The notes under the pieces are model-generated. The model made no database searches and was not told where the DNA came from. It was given only the letters and a program-made list of their open reading frames with translations. Of a DNA stretch of 64,000 nt, positions 34,067 through 47,540 are shown one piece after another. A program made the translations under genes and the position numbers. The DNA comes from Takakia lepidozioides (lineage: Eukaryota; Plantae; Bryophyta). Location: contig CM060731.1 of assembly GCA_030704615.1 (NCBI GenBank), forward strand, positions 75,702,001 to 75,766,000, given 5' to 3'. Position 1 is the first letter of the stretch. Every line of letters starts with the position of its first letter.

Positions 34067-37000
34067 ATGGCATCACCAAATGGGATAATGAAGGAGGGAG
34101 GTGGCGACAAGCGCAAAAGCAACAATCCAGTCATACCATTGGGATCAGTAGTACTTCAAACGAACCCGTTGTCGTTGTTGTCTGCTACTGCAATGTCATC
34201 CGAATTACCATCACCAGCATCTCCTTTATCTTCGTCGTTGTCGTCTCCATCATCGTCATCATCCTCATCATCACCAACATCACTGCAAGCCTCTTCACTA
34301 CATGTTGAAGAAGCAAAAATGCCCATGCTTGCATCAATGGCCATGCTGGAATCTGCTGTCAGTGCTGCCAACGTTGCCAAGGAGAGGGGTGCAAGCCTTA
34401 GTGTGAATGCAGAATTACCTAATGATTTTCTGCAGCAGCGCAAAGCAGCAGCAGCCAAGCAGCGCCTAAAAATAGAAGTGCGACAGAAGCAGGTGGGGCG
34501 CTACCTGCCCTCAGTTACTCAGGATGCGGCCACCCTCAATCGACATCGTACTCAGGTTTTGTTCCTCTCTCCTCCTGCAGACCCTCATAACCAAGATCTT
34601 CTTTTCTGGCCCTTTGCTGCACCACGCGCTGCCACGCTACCGCTCTCGTTCCCAGTGGCCGAAAACATGGGAAGGGCCTTGGGGTCGAGCCTTCCCCTTT
34701 GTAAAGAATTGGGTATCTGCCTTCCTTGCCCTTGCATCAGAGGTTTCGATGAAGTGGTCATTGTCACCTTGTCCCTGTGCTCCGGTATCCTAGATGGCTA
34801 GAAAGAATGTACTCATAAGACATTGTTTGCTGTAGCCTTGTGGCCATAGACCCCACGCCCAGTTTGGCCTGAACAAAAGGGAATAGATGCTACCTTTGTG
34901 AGGGCCTCACTCTGGTAGTGTGACTTACCTTGGTAAAGACAATTAGTTCGGGTTTTCCAGATATCCTCTAGAAAGCATTAACTTGCTGTGTGTGAGCTGC
35001 CCAGCAATTAGACAACAGGGCCAGGGCAATTCACCTCCACCTTTTGTATACGTACTCATACATCAAAGCATCAAATGAAGGAGGGCGTTTGCATTGGTTA
35101 GTTTCCAACCACAGTTGAAGACTTTTTATTGTTTTTTTGATGGGTCAGAATATCTTGCACTAAGCTATAGGATGAAGAGAGTGGCTTGGTGGATGCTACT
35201 GACCCAGGTGGTAAGTGCCATGGCAAAGGCCAAGGAACGTATTGCTACATTGGGGACTGAGAAGGACATAATCCAACAAAATTTTGGCACAGGCTGGGTT
35301 GCAGACTTGAGGCGTTGGCTATACAATCGAAGCCAACAAAATACCAGTGGCACTATCATCAAGGTCAATCAAGCTTCCTCAATCATATCCCATGTCAATT
35401 GACCCAGAGAAAGTTTGCACACATATGCTGTCCCCAGCTGCAAGATTGTAACAAAGAGGAGCAGCAGTTGTTCAGAAAGTGTTCATGGATTGCAATAAAC
35501 TGTCCTGGCCATTGTGTCAACCCTGTAGGTAGCTTACTCTTGTACATTTCAAAAATTTGATCATGTGATAGACTTGTCAGAACTTCAAGCAGCCTCTGTG
35601 TTGTATAGTTCTCTGTTGGTTAGATAAACATAATTGATTGTCCAATAAGCTTTCAAAAGGTAACCTGGTCTTCAGCACGCGAGGGGTATGGTTACCCAAG
35701 ATTGCGTGGGGTTAGGGTGATGTGTCGCTTACCAGTCGGTAGGTCGATTATCGGTTCTCCAAGGTGGGAAGATCTGGGAGCAGACCATTTCTGCATGTAG
35801 CAGGGATGGGCAACTTACCCTGGAGCATTTGTACACATCACTCACTAGACAAGAACCTTTGGAACACTCTTCTTCCTCTTCTTACTATTTGAAGGGTAAT
35901 GAGCTTTGATCTAGATAGTTTTTGGAATGTGGGGGTGGATTGCAGGGCACTGTTTTGGTGCCACTGTGGCTGGAGAAAATGAAGGCGATTGAGTGCAATT
36001 TTGGATCATCCATGATGCTCACATTTGCATTTCTGCGATGGGTGCTTTTGCTCAATGCTCTGCTCTCCATGTTGTGGACAGGAGCAATCTTGGTTCCTTT
36101 CTTTGTCAACCCACCTAATACGTTCAGCTGGTCTCAATTTCGACATTCTTTTCAGCACTCTAACTTCATACGGGCCATGCAGGTCTGTGTTACTCATTGC
36201 TCTGTAGAATTCTTCAATCTGATGGACTTGGCATATATCTCCAGATCTGGCAGACAATTTGAAATATCTGTGTCTATTTCCCTGCTGCTGGTTTCTGTTT
36301 GCATGTCTCTTCTGGAAGTTCTTCGTAATCTCTGCAGTAAACTTTATTCATGTTTCTTTGGGATGGGTGTAGGGTATTGGACTGGAGAGGACATGGATAT
36401 ATTACGGAGGCTTTTTATACACAGATGGAGACCAGACAGGATGGTACAATATCCAATACATCTACCCATTGGCCATTGTCGCTACCATTTTCATCAGCTT
36501 GGTGGCTGTCCTTGGCAGGTAGCCTCCTCTGCCCTTCTGAATAGTCTGTATGATGTCATAGCTTAGCATAAATAAGCCCAGCTATGCCATCCAAACCTGG
36601 TTGTGCGGCACTTGACCAGCCAATAGATCTCACACATAGCTCTCCATGTACGCTACTTTCACAATGAACTTCTGCTCCAGGTCAAACCTCATCAAATCCT
36701 TGAAGATTGTGTGCTACTCCAATGGGAACACAATCTAGAGGACATTGGGATTTAGGCAAGCTCTGATAGTCAATGGTCCCTTCTAAACTGTCCTGCTATT
36801 AAACATACACAAATATTAAGGATGTATGGATGGCAACCGGGGTGCAGGATAGCAGGAAGGATATGGGCCAGTGGGTCTGATGTATCGGTGGGCTCGTACA
36901 ATGTCACATACCCGTTTTCTAAACTCGTGCTTGCCTCTTGGGACTTCCATATAACCTCTTTTGAAGTATGACTCTTTTGTCAGATCCTTTCACTATATTG

Positions 37001-40000
37001 ATCAGATCACTAAGGCTGTGAAATCCTGAAAACGTTGTCCAGTGTTCTCGCAAACATTGTTTGTATGCTGAATTTGCAAGGCTGTCAATCTGAAGTGGCC
37101 ATTGGCATTGACTGATTGGAGGCATTCATCATCACCTAGCATGGACTACACCAGCAGGTTTACACGCTAGCGACCCAACTAGTGGTTGGCCCATTAGAGG
37201 AGCAGGCTGGCTTGATGGGCAATGGCATGAAAGTAGAGAAACCAACTAAAGTAGAGTTGTTAGCAACGTTACTCTCTCCCAAAAGCCCAGGAGTAATTTG
37301 ACGAGTGGGAGCAGGCAGCAGTGATGCTTCGTAGGGGCATACGCATGCAGCTGCGAGAGTTGATTGCTGACTCTATTGCCTTAGAGATGCAAACCAGTGG
37401 AAGCCACCGTCTCTCGATTCAGGTCCATCCCCACATACTTCTGGGTTCTTCGTAGAGTAGTGGTGGTGTGTCATATAAGGGTCTGATGGTGCAGATGTGC
37501 AGCTTGATGCATGTGGAGAGGTGTGTGAGAACATATGTAAATTGGGTTCTAGAGATTGCACTAGGAGTCATTTCATACTTATGAAAAGCTTACAATACGC
37601 AAGGACTTACAACGTAGCCTTACACCCAAAAACTCCTATCTCAATGGTGGGATAAATGCACTAGGGTAAAACTGAAGACCTGTGCAGATGGAGAAGTTAT
37701 CGTAGACCTTCTGCCAAACCATCTGCCAGTGCGAGTCAGTCTTCACAATACAAGAGCCTATGACCCTGTTACCAGTAGCCTGTGCTGCTAGAGTGGACAT
37801 AGTCTTGCAGTGAAAGAAGAATGATGACAGCAAGATTGGATGATGCAGAGATTCATTGCATTGTTTGTGTTGTGGCCGCTGCTGATGACAACAACAGTAG
37901 CGGCTGTGTTCACACTTGCCAGCAAGGAAGACGAGATCAACAACAAACTTGGTCTCCCTGCTGCCCTTGTTCCCTTTATCTTCACATCTGCTCTTGTTTG
38001 ATGCCTGGCACTTACCCCAAATTCAGCTGTACAGTGCCTTTAGGACAGCTTTATCTATATGCAGATGCATGCTTGTGTGTGTCTGTTTTTGGGCTACATG
38101 TGTGTAAGAGGGGGAGGGACAGAAGCATGAGCTAAAGACAATTTGAAACAGACTTAAGCATCACAAGGACACATTGTTGTATTGGGGTTGAACCAATCAT
38201 AAATTGGTCGGTGGAGGGTTTGTGGATAAGCAGGAAAGTATGCACCTCCCGCGTTTTTGGCAGTGATCAACATTATTGGTCCTTGGCTTGTGCGTGTCCT
38301 GGTAGCTATGGAGGAGTGGCGCCCCTCCACCTACGAGAAGGTCGTCCTGATGAAGCTCTTCTTCCTCCGCATTCTGAATCTGACCACTTTCTTCTACAGG
38401 TGTCCGAAAACTCCTTGCACTTTTCTAGCTTCCATAATCATCAAAGTATACTTTCCACCATGTTGCAAGCAAATCCTAATTTACATTCCATAACTTTATC
38501 AAGCATTGTGAACTGCTGGATCCGATGCAATGGGTTCTGTCAGAGAATGTACTCATATGGTGTTGTTTGCCGTACCAGTCTGAGCGGGACACAAAGGTAC
38601 AGAGGCTGGTAGTATGACTTACCTTGGAATAGACAATTGATCCGAGTTGTCCAGATATCCCCTAGAAATCCCTTCACACAAACATCAATCTGCTGGGTGT
38701 GATTTGCCCAATAGGTTCTGTCAGAGAGATGGCTATTGCGCTTCCTTCTGTAAGTAGTGCAAGCCACTGCGAGGTAGGCAGTCTTTGGAAAGTGATGCTT
38801 GTTGCAAATAGAATGTAAGGCACAAGTGGTGATGGACAGATTGTACACAGTACTCTTCTCTGCACATTGGGTGAGGCAAGGGCGAGAAGCAATGGAGGTA
38901 TGTAAGACCCAGAATGATTGCAATGACAGCTTCACGTGCTGCACCGAGACTGAAATGGGCGAGTGGAAGCTGTGTTCTGTTGACGAGGTGACCCAACTTT
39001 TGATTTGCCTTTGTGAGCTGAAGCAAGACATATTTTGTGGGTTAGGAGTAAAAGCAACTTGAATTTCACAACATTAGCGAGAACACATGAAGTTTCTGGC
39101 TACAAAAGTACCGTTGCTTCCTCATATTTTCAAAGTCAATTTAGTGGGTTCTGAGAGCTGTTCAGGTTGCTTTAAATAGCATGAGCATTAATTAGATGAT
39201 TATTATGAAGTGCAGAGCTTTTCCAGTCGCTTTGGTTAAATAGGTCCCTGACGTGCTTCTCATTCTTTGTGACATCTTTCAAGTTTGTGCCAAGGGTTTT
39301 CCATTTTAATTCATCGTGTTTTTTTCACCATTTCACTGCTCATACCGTTTCTGCGCTGAGTCTTTTTATACTCTTCCGGAAAGAAGAGAGAAGTTAATGC
39401 TGCACCCAAATTGTTACAAAGTGTCTTAGAAGCTAGTCACTGCTGTTCAAGAAGTGATTGAAATGTCTTGTACTCTTCGGTGGGCTCTCTAAAACAAGGC
39501 TGCATTCATTTTTCTATTTTTTCTTTGTTTGTTCATCGTTCTCTAAAAGTTTTTTCTACTACCTCATGATATGTTGTCGTACTCTTCTTGCAAAGAGCTG
39601 CTTTTTTTTTCCGCCTTGGATAAGGTCTTTCTTTCTCTGTGATTTGGTTACCATTCAGACTTAAGTTTCGAGTTTTACTTTTCACGTCATGGATATAGCT
39701 TTGGCCATGTCCTGTTTTTTCTGTGATATGAGGTGTTACCGAGTTGGCTATGTACTCGTAGCCATGACTAGCTAAGGGTGGGAGTTGTAGACGCTTCTTT
39801 GTATGCCAAGCATGTCCTTTTTTGGTCATATTAGGTGTTGCTGAGTTGACTACGTACTCGTAGCCATGACTAGCTAAGTGGGGGGGGGGGGGAGGTTGTA
39901 GACACTCCTTTGTGTGCCAGGTTGTACCGACAACTGGGTGGGTGCACAACTGTTACGCATGATGTTTGTTACTACGATATTCAACATCTCATATGAGCTT

Positions 40001-41750
40001 ATTTGGGGCTTTGGTTACCTCTTGATCACCCGTGTATGTATCTTTCACGTCTAACATAAGATGATAACCTAAAAGATTCCATCTTCGGCTTCCATATGTG
40101 TATGTGCTGCAATATTGTTGGCTTGTGTCTAGAGGAAGTTCTTTAATGATCAAGTAGAGGTTAGTGTGGTTAAATGCATATGTGCAGGTGAAGAGACAGC
40201 TTTATGTGGAGGATTTTATGGTTGAAATTGTCTATATGCAAGCATTGGTGTGGGTGGGCTCCTGCTATAGCCCTCTGGCCTCCACTCTTGGCTTCTTTTC
40301 CAACTTGGTGACTTTCCTTGGCTATGAGGTAACTTGATCACCTACGTTTGCATTCACACTAGTACTGTATATTCAACATGTCTGTGTACCAACCACTTAG
40401 ACAAGCAAAAGATCTTGATTTCGTGATATTCTCTCAAGCCATATCTACATTTTCCTCCACATAGCCTTGCTTTGGTTGGAGCGAGGTTGAAAATGGTTAT
40501 AGGCTAGATGTTTTGGGAGGGTACCCCTAGAGAAGATTTCAAAGATTAGAACTAAATTATGTGAAAGGTAAGTTCCACAAAGGAGCAAGCGTTCAACAAT
40601 GGTAGTTCGCCCTTCATACCTCTCTCCCTTTTCTTACCTTTTCCTCATAAATCTCTATGTAGACAGCTAGATGATTGAGTTCCCTTGCATGAGCATAACC
40701 TTTCATGGGAAGTGAAGATGCTGCACGGCGACAAGAAATGAGATTACATGTGCTCTATGAAATGGAAATTGGAGAAGCGAAAGTACTGGTGATGGGTGCA
40801 GGTTGCTTTGTGGCAAACATGTGACCCTGTAGCAAAGCTCTACAGCGCCTCGCGGACCTCAAATTTGTTGTATGCCTTGCTTTTGGTCACTATCACACTC
40901 TGCCTCATTCCTATCGTCCTCTCCCTCACCATGCCTAGTGGTGGCATTTGTGGGCCCATCACAGACAACCAGTCCATGTATGAAGTACTCGTGATGTATT
41001 ACGTAGAGGTCTATACTCGACTACCTCTTAGATCTGGCATTTCCAATCTCCGCTTGTATCTTTTCATTCATATCATGAGAGTATGTAGGTCATTTCTTAC
41101 AATCCCCGAATGCAGTTGAGGTGGTCTGTTTAATGAATGGCGAAAGTATATGGCGTTAGAAGATTATGAGGCATGAAGGATATACTAGATTAAAAGTAGT
41201 AAAGCTCACTTGAGGATCACTGATAGCTCAGGAAGACAAACACAGATTGACCACATGGCGTGATGCATGCAGAGAGCACCATCTTGGCTGAAGATCACTG
41301 TACAAAGTGTCCTACACCCCGTGCTTCTGGGTGTTTTGATATTGATGCTCAGTTTTGGTGTGATTATGCTGCGGGCCAAGGTTGCACAATTCAGCAAATT
41401 TCTGGAACTCACTAACCGTGAACTTCACATGTCAAGGAGCATCAATGTGGAAAAAGTCAATTACATACAGATGCAGGATACATGTAGGGCACTTCACTTG
41501 CCTCCTCCTGATTCTGTTGCACCTGTGTTTGTGGCATTGATTTTGTATGTATTGATCTCTAGAATCTGAGTGTAGGTTGGTTGCCTGTATCTAAATATTT
41601 AGAGCATGTATAGGGCTGCATTGACATGGACTTTCAGATGAGAGATGTGTGTTGATTGTGTTTTTGGACCTCCTGCAGAGTTTGGAGTGGAACGAAACTT
41701 GCTTAGAAGCCTCTCCTGCCGCCGCTGGCACTTCTAATGTTGCCAACTAA
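34067..41750 (+). CDS. Transmembrane channel-like (TMC family) protein, multi-exon
   Basis: LWLEKMKAIECNFGSS..FLRWVLLLN (~35965-36055), GIGLERTWIYYGG (~36372), AMEEWRP..LMKLFFLRILNL (~38305-38385), EIVYMQALVWVGSCYSPL (~40225-40278), CDPVAKLYSASR and PSGGICGP (40820-40957). Most junctions are phase-matched. The region 36850-37300 and the last exon are unresolved. Confidence 0.85.
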
Positions 41751-42194
41751 GGAATCCAGAGTATATGCAGCTGATGCAGAGAACCTACCCACTGCTTCAA
41801 TTCTTGTGACAACAGAATCTTGAGCTTTCTAGTGAAGACCTTAAACCTGCTGCAATTGGATCAAGCATCTAGCTGCCTACTGACAATATTGTGAACAAGG
41901 GAAGTATTTCTCTTCAGGAATGTATCAAAATATGAGTACTGCTTGCAGGAAGACAAGACCTTGCGAATGTACGCAGGGTGGTGGCAACATGTAGCTGTTA
42001 AACTGTAGGTGATGCTCCCTGGCTGCACTACAAGGAAAATGTCACTGGGCTCTAGAGCGACATCAGGTAATGCTGTCAAAAGGTGGGCTGCCACATATAG
42101 TAGTTCAAACTTTGCTCTTTGCTTACACAAGTAAGGATGAATAGCCACCTTGTAGCTCTTATGTGTTCAAAGCACTTTTCTTGTGCTGCTTGTT

Positions 42195-42600
42195 TCACCA
42201 GTTTTCCACCCAAGAGAACATCCATTCTTGGAAGTGGTGAAAGCGGCCCGCATCCGGTGCAACAACTGCTTGCCTGACAGTCTTCAACATGAACATGATA
42301 GGCAGTGTCCAATCACCACACACCCAAAGGTTCTTGATGAGGTGGACAGGCACCCCAGGGGCTTGGCGATGAGCCCAAAATCAAAGGCTGGCTTCTCACT
42401 GTGGTGGCCAAGAAAATTTTCCTTTTGCTCCTCCTCCACATCATACAATACTCAGTGTGGGTCAGACAAGTACCCTGCCTTATTCATCAGCCCAGCCAAT
42501 CTTTGCAGCTCAGCATGGATTTCCTTGATTTGTGGATACAGTTTTTCTACAACAACCATATGCACCCAGTTGTCCACCTCAATGCAGCTGCAACCTGCCT
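42195..42600 (-). pseudogene. Decayed E+/DYW deaminase domain, out of frame with the PPR ORF
   Basis: AGCSCIEV..KAGYLSDPH*VLYDVEEEQKE..HHSEK..FGLI / IKNLWVCGD / DAGRFHHF / ENW*, with one stop and at least 3 frameshifts. Confidence 0.9.
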
Positions 42601-45600
42601 CCTCTGTTATCCATCGCTTCTCTCATGTTTGCTTTATCATCCCACCTGCCAGCTGCAGTATGTATGTTTGATAGTAGAACATAAGCTGCAGCATTCTGTG
42701 TATCACATTTAAGAATATATTTTGCCACGCGTTCTGCTAACTTGACATCAGAATGAATTCTGCAAGCACCAAGCAATGCCCCCCACACCGAAGCATCTGG
42801 GTTGATTGGCATTTTCTTGATGAAATCCTCTGCCTCGTCCAATCTCCCTGCCCGTCCAAGAAGGTCCACCATGCAGCCAAAATGCTCCACTGTAGGAGTG
42901 AGGCCATGATCTCGACTCATGGAATCAAAGTAGTGATGACATTCCTCCACTAAGCCCACATGGCTGCAAGCAGAGAAAAGGGATATGAAGGTAATGCTGT
43001 CTGGCTTCAAGCCTGCCTGTTGCATCTGTTCAAAAAGTTGCAGGGACTCCCTACCACATCCATGCTGAGAATATCCTGCCATCATTGCGTTCCATGAGAC
43101 CACATCTTGTTGAGCCATATTGTCAAATACTTGGCGGGCATCCTTCACACTCCCACATTTTGCATACATATCAACAAGGGTATTCTCCAGAATAATATCT
43201 GGCCCAGTTCCAGCTTTGACAATGTCTGCATGGACTTTTTTGCCCTTTTCCAAGGCTCCTAGGCAGGCACAAGCATTGACAGCACAAATAAATGTGACCT
43301 TGTCGCACGTCACCCCTTCCCATTGCATTTGCTCATAGATCTCAAAAGCCTCCCTACCACACCCATGCTGGACATATCCTGCAATCATCGCACTCCATGA
43401 CACCACATTTCGTTGAGCCATGTTGTCAAAAACCTGATGGGCATCCTTCATGCTCCCACATTTGGCATACATGTCAACAAGGGCAGTCTCAAGAATTGTA
43501 TCTCCATCAATTCCAGCTTTAATGATGTCAGCATGGACCTTTTCCCCCTGTTCCAAGACTCCTAGACTGGCACAAGCGTACAGTGCACAAGTGAAAGTGA
43601 CCCTGTTGGGCGTCACCCCTTCTTGTTGCATTTGCTCATAGATCTTGAAAGCCTCCACCTCACATCCATGCTGAGCATATCCTGTGATCATTGCACTCCA
43701 CGAGACCACATTTCGTTCAGCCATACTGTCAAACACTTGATGGGCATCATTCATGCTCCCACATTTGGCATACATGTCAACAAGGGCAGTCTCCAAATTA
43801 AGATAAGACTCAATTCCAGCTTCGATAATGTCAGCATGGACTTCTTTGCCCTTTTCCAGGTCAGTTAGGCTAGCACACGCATTGATAACAGAAATGAATG
43901 TGACCCTGTCCGGCCTTACCCCTTCCTGTTGCATTTGCGCATAGATCTCGAAAGCCTCCCTACCACACCCATGCTGAGAATATCCTCCAATTATAGTGTT
44001 CCATGATATCACACTTCGTTGTGCCATCTTGTCGAACACTTGACGGGCATCCTTCATACTCCCACATTTGGCATACATGTTAACAAGGGCAGTGTCCAGA
44101 AGAATGTCTGGTGCAATTTCAGCTTTGATAATGTCAGCATGGATCTCTTTGCCCTTTTCTAGGGTTCCAAGGCTAGCACATGCATTGAGAATGCAAGTGA
44201 AGGTGACCCTGTCCGGTGTCAACCCTTCCTGTTGAACTTGCTCATAGGTCTCAAAAGCCTCCCTAATACATCCATGCTGAGCATATCCTGCAATCATGGT
44301 ATTCCATGAGACTACACTTTGTTGAGCCATAGTGTCGAACACTTGACGTGCATCCTTTATACTCCCACATTTGGTATACATATTAGCAAGGGCAGTGTCC
44401 AGAATAGTATCCGACACAATTCCAGCTTTGATGATGTCTGCATGAACCTCTTTGCCCTTTCCCAGGGCTCCTAGGCTGGCACACGCATTGAGAATGCAAG
44501 TGAATGTGACTTTGTCAGGTGTCACTCCTTCCTGTTGCATTTGCTTATAGATCTCAAAAGCCTCCCTAACACACCCATGCTTGGCATATCCTGCCATCAT
44601 TATAGTCCACGTAAACAAAGTTCGTTCATGCATTTTGTCAAACACTTGGCGTGCATCTACCAAGCTGCCGCACTTGACATACATGTTGACCAAGGTATTG
44701 AGTAAAAACATGTTTGGCTTGAATCCAGTTTCGATGATGTGGGTGTGCACCTGCCTTCCCTGTGTTAGATTCTTCATGCTGATGCACTCTTGCAAGAGAC
44801 AGACACAAGTCTTGAAGTCTGCCTGAATGCCTGGCTGGTTCAGAACGTGCAATGCCTGTTTCAATTGTCCTGCCTCACATAGTGTCCTCACTTCCGCACA
44901 AGTGCAAGAAGAACTCTTGTTGACTGCCTCTTTTTGTCCGCTGTGAAAAGCAGTAGTGATAGTGTAGGTGCTGCCCCTGTTGTCAGTCTGATGTCCAACA
45001 AACAACTGGGACTGATTCAAACCTGCCTTTCTGCATGGTCAAAACTCTCTGTTACAACCTGTAGATTCAAACTCAAATTGTACATCTTAAAGCTGGTAGA
45101 ACTTCACAGAAAGATGAATCCGTGGGGATAACGTTCTTGCTATATACAAACAATGTTCCAGGAATTTGAAGTCCTCATCAAAACAGTACCGGCTGTATTC
45201 TCTGCCTGGAGCTCCATTGTTTACATCGATATTAGAACCAACACCAGATAGTGCTCGACCTTTTATCATGGCACCTAGCTCTGCCTTCATCCGAGGAGGG
45301 TTCAACCAACTGTCAAGCCAAAGGACCTCCTTTGTGCACTTATGTCTGAAGTTCGGTGATCTTGGACTTCTCTGTGAAAATCACAAATGGCCAGCTGAGC
45401 AGCCATATCTTCAAGCACGGCCTAGGGTAGAGCGCAAAGACTTTTCAATAATGGGAACACCCATGGATAACCGGCTATCCTGTCTTAGTAATATGGAAAA
45501 GAAATTACTCATGCCAAGATAGGTTTGCTTTTGCTGCTTTCTCACGATGAAGAGCAGGACTGTAGAAGGCAACTGAATATACAACACAGTGCAACAAAAT

Positions 45601-45735
45601 AGCAAGCTTTGATCATAAGCCATCCTTACAAAAGGTTTTGCATCCTAAATGAAAACAGCCTCACCTTATCAAACCTGTTGTCCCACCATTGTAAAGGATC
45701 TGAGACGAATTCCTGCCGCAGCTGTTCCGGTTGCT
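42579..45735 (-). CDS. PLS-class PPR protein (L-S-(P-L-S)x5-P2-L2-S2-E1-E2), organellar RNA-editing-factor type, with an upstream OSB-type PDF motif
   Basis: Open 813-codon frame of PPR repeats (MYAKCGS..ARQVFD, VVSW..MIAGY, VTF..ACAS, CMVDLLGRAG, WGALLGAC, YVLLSN). Upstream exons 45665-~45735 and 45190-45371 splice in phase to 45030. The start codon is not resolved. Confidence 0.92.
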
Positions 45736-47540
45736 TGGTCAGTGTGCAGCTCCTTACCGGCCGAGTATAATTCAGTGCTAGTGTAGCTTACCAGAAAACT
45801 AAGCTCTCTCTTCTCTCTCCATCTTTCTGTCAAGGTGTATGGCATTGGTTGTTAGAGCAGCAGTGCTGGAGTCCCCAATGTGCATATTACCATGATGTCG
45901 CCAAGCCTTACATCAACCCTCAGCTCCCTGTAATCAAATTGTCATCGGCCCTGCACGAACGCTATTGCTTTTTCAGGATGAGGTTCCATACCCTTGTCTG
46001 TATCCCAATTCAGGAATACTGAAGGCAGGACAAGGGCGTTGACTGCACTCCTTCATGATCGTAAAGTGGCTTCCTCGACCAAAACGGTTGTGGTTTTTGC
46101 TTGGATGGGTCAACAGTATGCAGCGAGAGACCCATAAGTTACGTTAAGACATGCAAAGTCCAAGGAGCCTGGCTTAAACCCATAAAGTGCAAGGATCTCG
46201 GCCCCGACATTGCCAAAGTGAAAGCCAATTCCAGCTCCAAAGCCTGAACTTTTGATCTCCTGTTTGATGTAAGGCATCTCGCTCGTTCACCGCAAAGAGG
46301 ACACAGGGATTGTCTATGGCGTCTCCCTCCACGCTCAGATGAGCGCCAGAGCAGACAGTCATCCTGTGCCAGTAAGAAGAAAATGAGGGGGCGAGAAGAA
46401 AGACATGCGCATTTTACATGCATCCTGACAATGGAATCTTATCTAAGAACAGCATGAGCAATCACAGCTGGAATTTGCAAACGAGACTTGTCCCATAGTT
46501 CTTAAAAGACAGATACCTACTGAGGGCCTAAGTTTTGCGAAGGCATTGCAACTTATCATTGCAACTTATTGCTAGACAGTGGCTCGATGTTGAGCCTTTT
46601 TGGCAATGCACCCAGTCCAAAGAATTTTGTTTCAAGCTGGCCCCTTTTGGCTTGGGGGCATGCCATGGGCCGAATCTCGCCATCGGTCACCTTCTCATTC
46701 AGTACCTTACATGTGATGCCCTGGCTAATGGATTGGTTCTTGGGTGCAAAGTCCAACATGCATGTTAGTGCTGTTTTCCATGCAATACCGGTACTTGGTG
46801 GAGAGTTATTAGAGCCGTTTAGGACTTCAGTATATAGTGAGCTCTTAAGAAGTTGGAACTAGGAAGATAAACCTTTTCGAGAGTAAGCTTTCCCTACTTG
46901 ATCCACGTTAACAAACACATGCAAGATAAACCTTTTCGAGAGTAAGCTTTCCCTACTTGATCCACGTTAACAAACCAAGACTAAATTCTAGTGTCGACAG
47001 AAGGTCGGAAGCTAGTTTAGCGTAGAACAGGAATAGGATGCCATATTGCCTCATCATCATCACCACGTCATCTTCACCAGTCATCGTCACAACGTTTCGT
47101 AGCCATTGTCGTCAATTTGTTTGGAACATGCCCGGACTGCCTAAAAATAACCGGAAAATAACCGGGAGGTGTGTTGCAGCGCGGGGAAGGGATGAGGATG
47201 CCCCTATGTGCTTGAGGACTTGGTTTTATCTTGGTCTTAGCAAGCCGTGTTTCAATCTATGCCCGCTCAGTTGCACTGTGGTGGTTCTCACAGACCAATC
47301 CGACATGACCTGACTATATACACAATGAGCACACACAAGGTCATTTTGGGTTGATGGTCAGTCAAATCCTCCATAGGTCATAACACAAGGTCAAAGACAA
47401 TGTGGTGAGGGCACCTTCTTCTTTCAGCCCGTTTGCCCTCTCATCAGACTGGGCCCTGTGATGCATATTGAATTTTGTAAGTTAGGCTTGTTGGGTGGAT
47501 CTGTGGTGGTTTGGAGTGACTTTGACAAGTTACTGCCGAT

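Noticed and set aside
39700-39925. ~105-bp intronic tandem duplication with a poly-G run
   Set aside because: An ordinary local duplication with no further structure.
42753-44826. Short + strand ORFs over the PPR gene
   Set aside because: They are antisense shadows of the PPR repeats.
46865-46975. ~53-bp direct repeat, 2 copies
   Set aside because: A simple tandem duplication with no supporting features.
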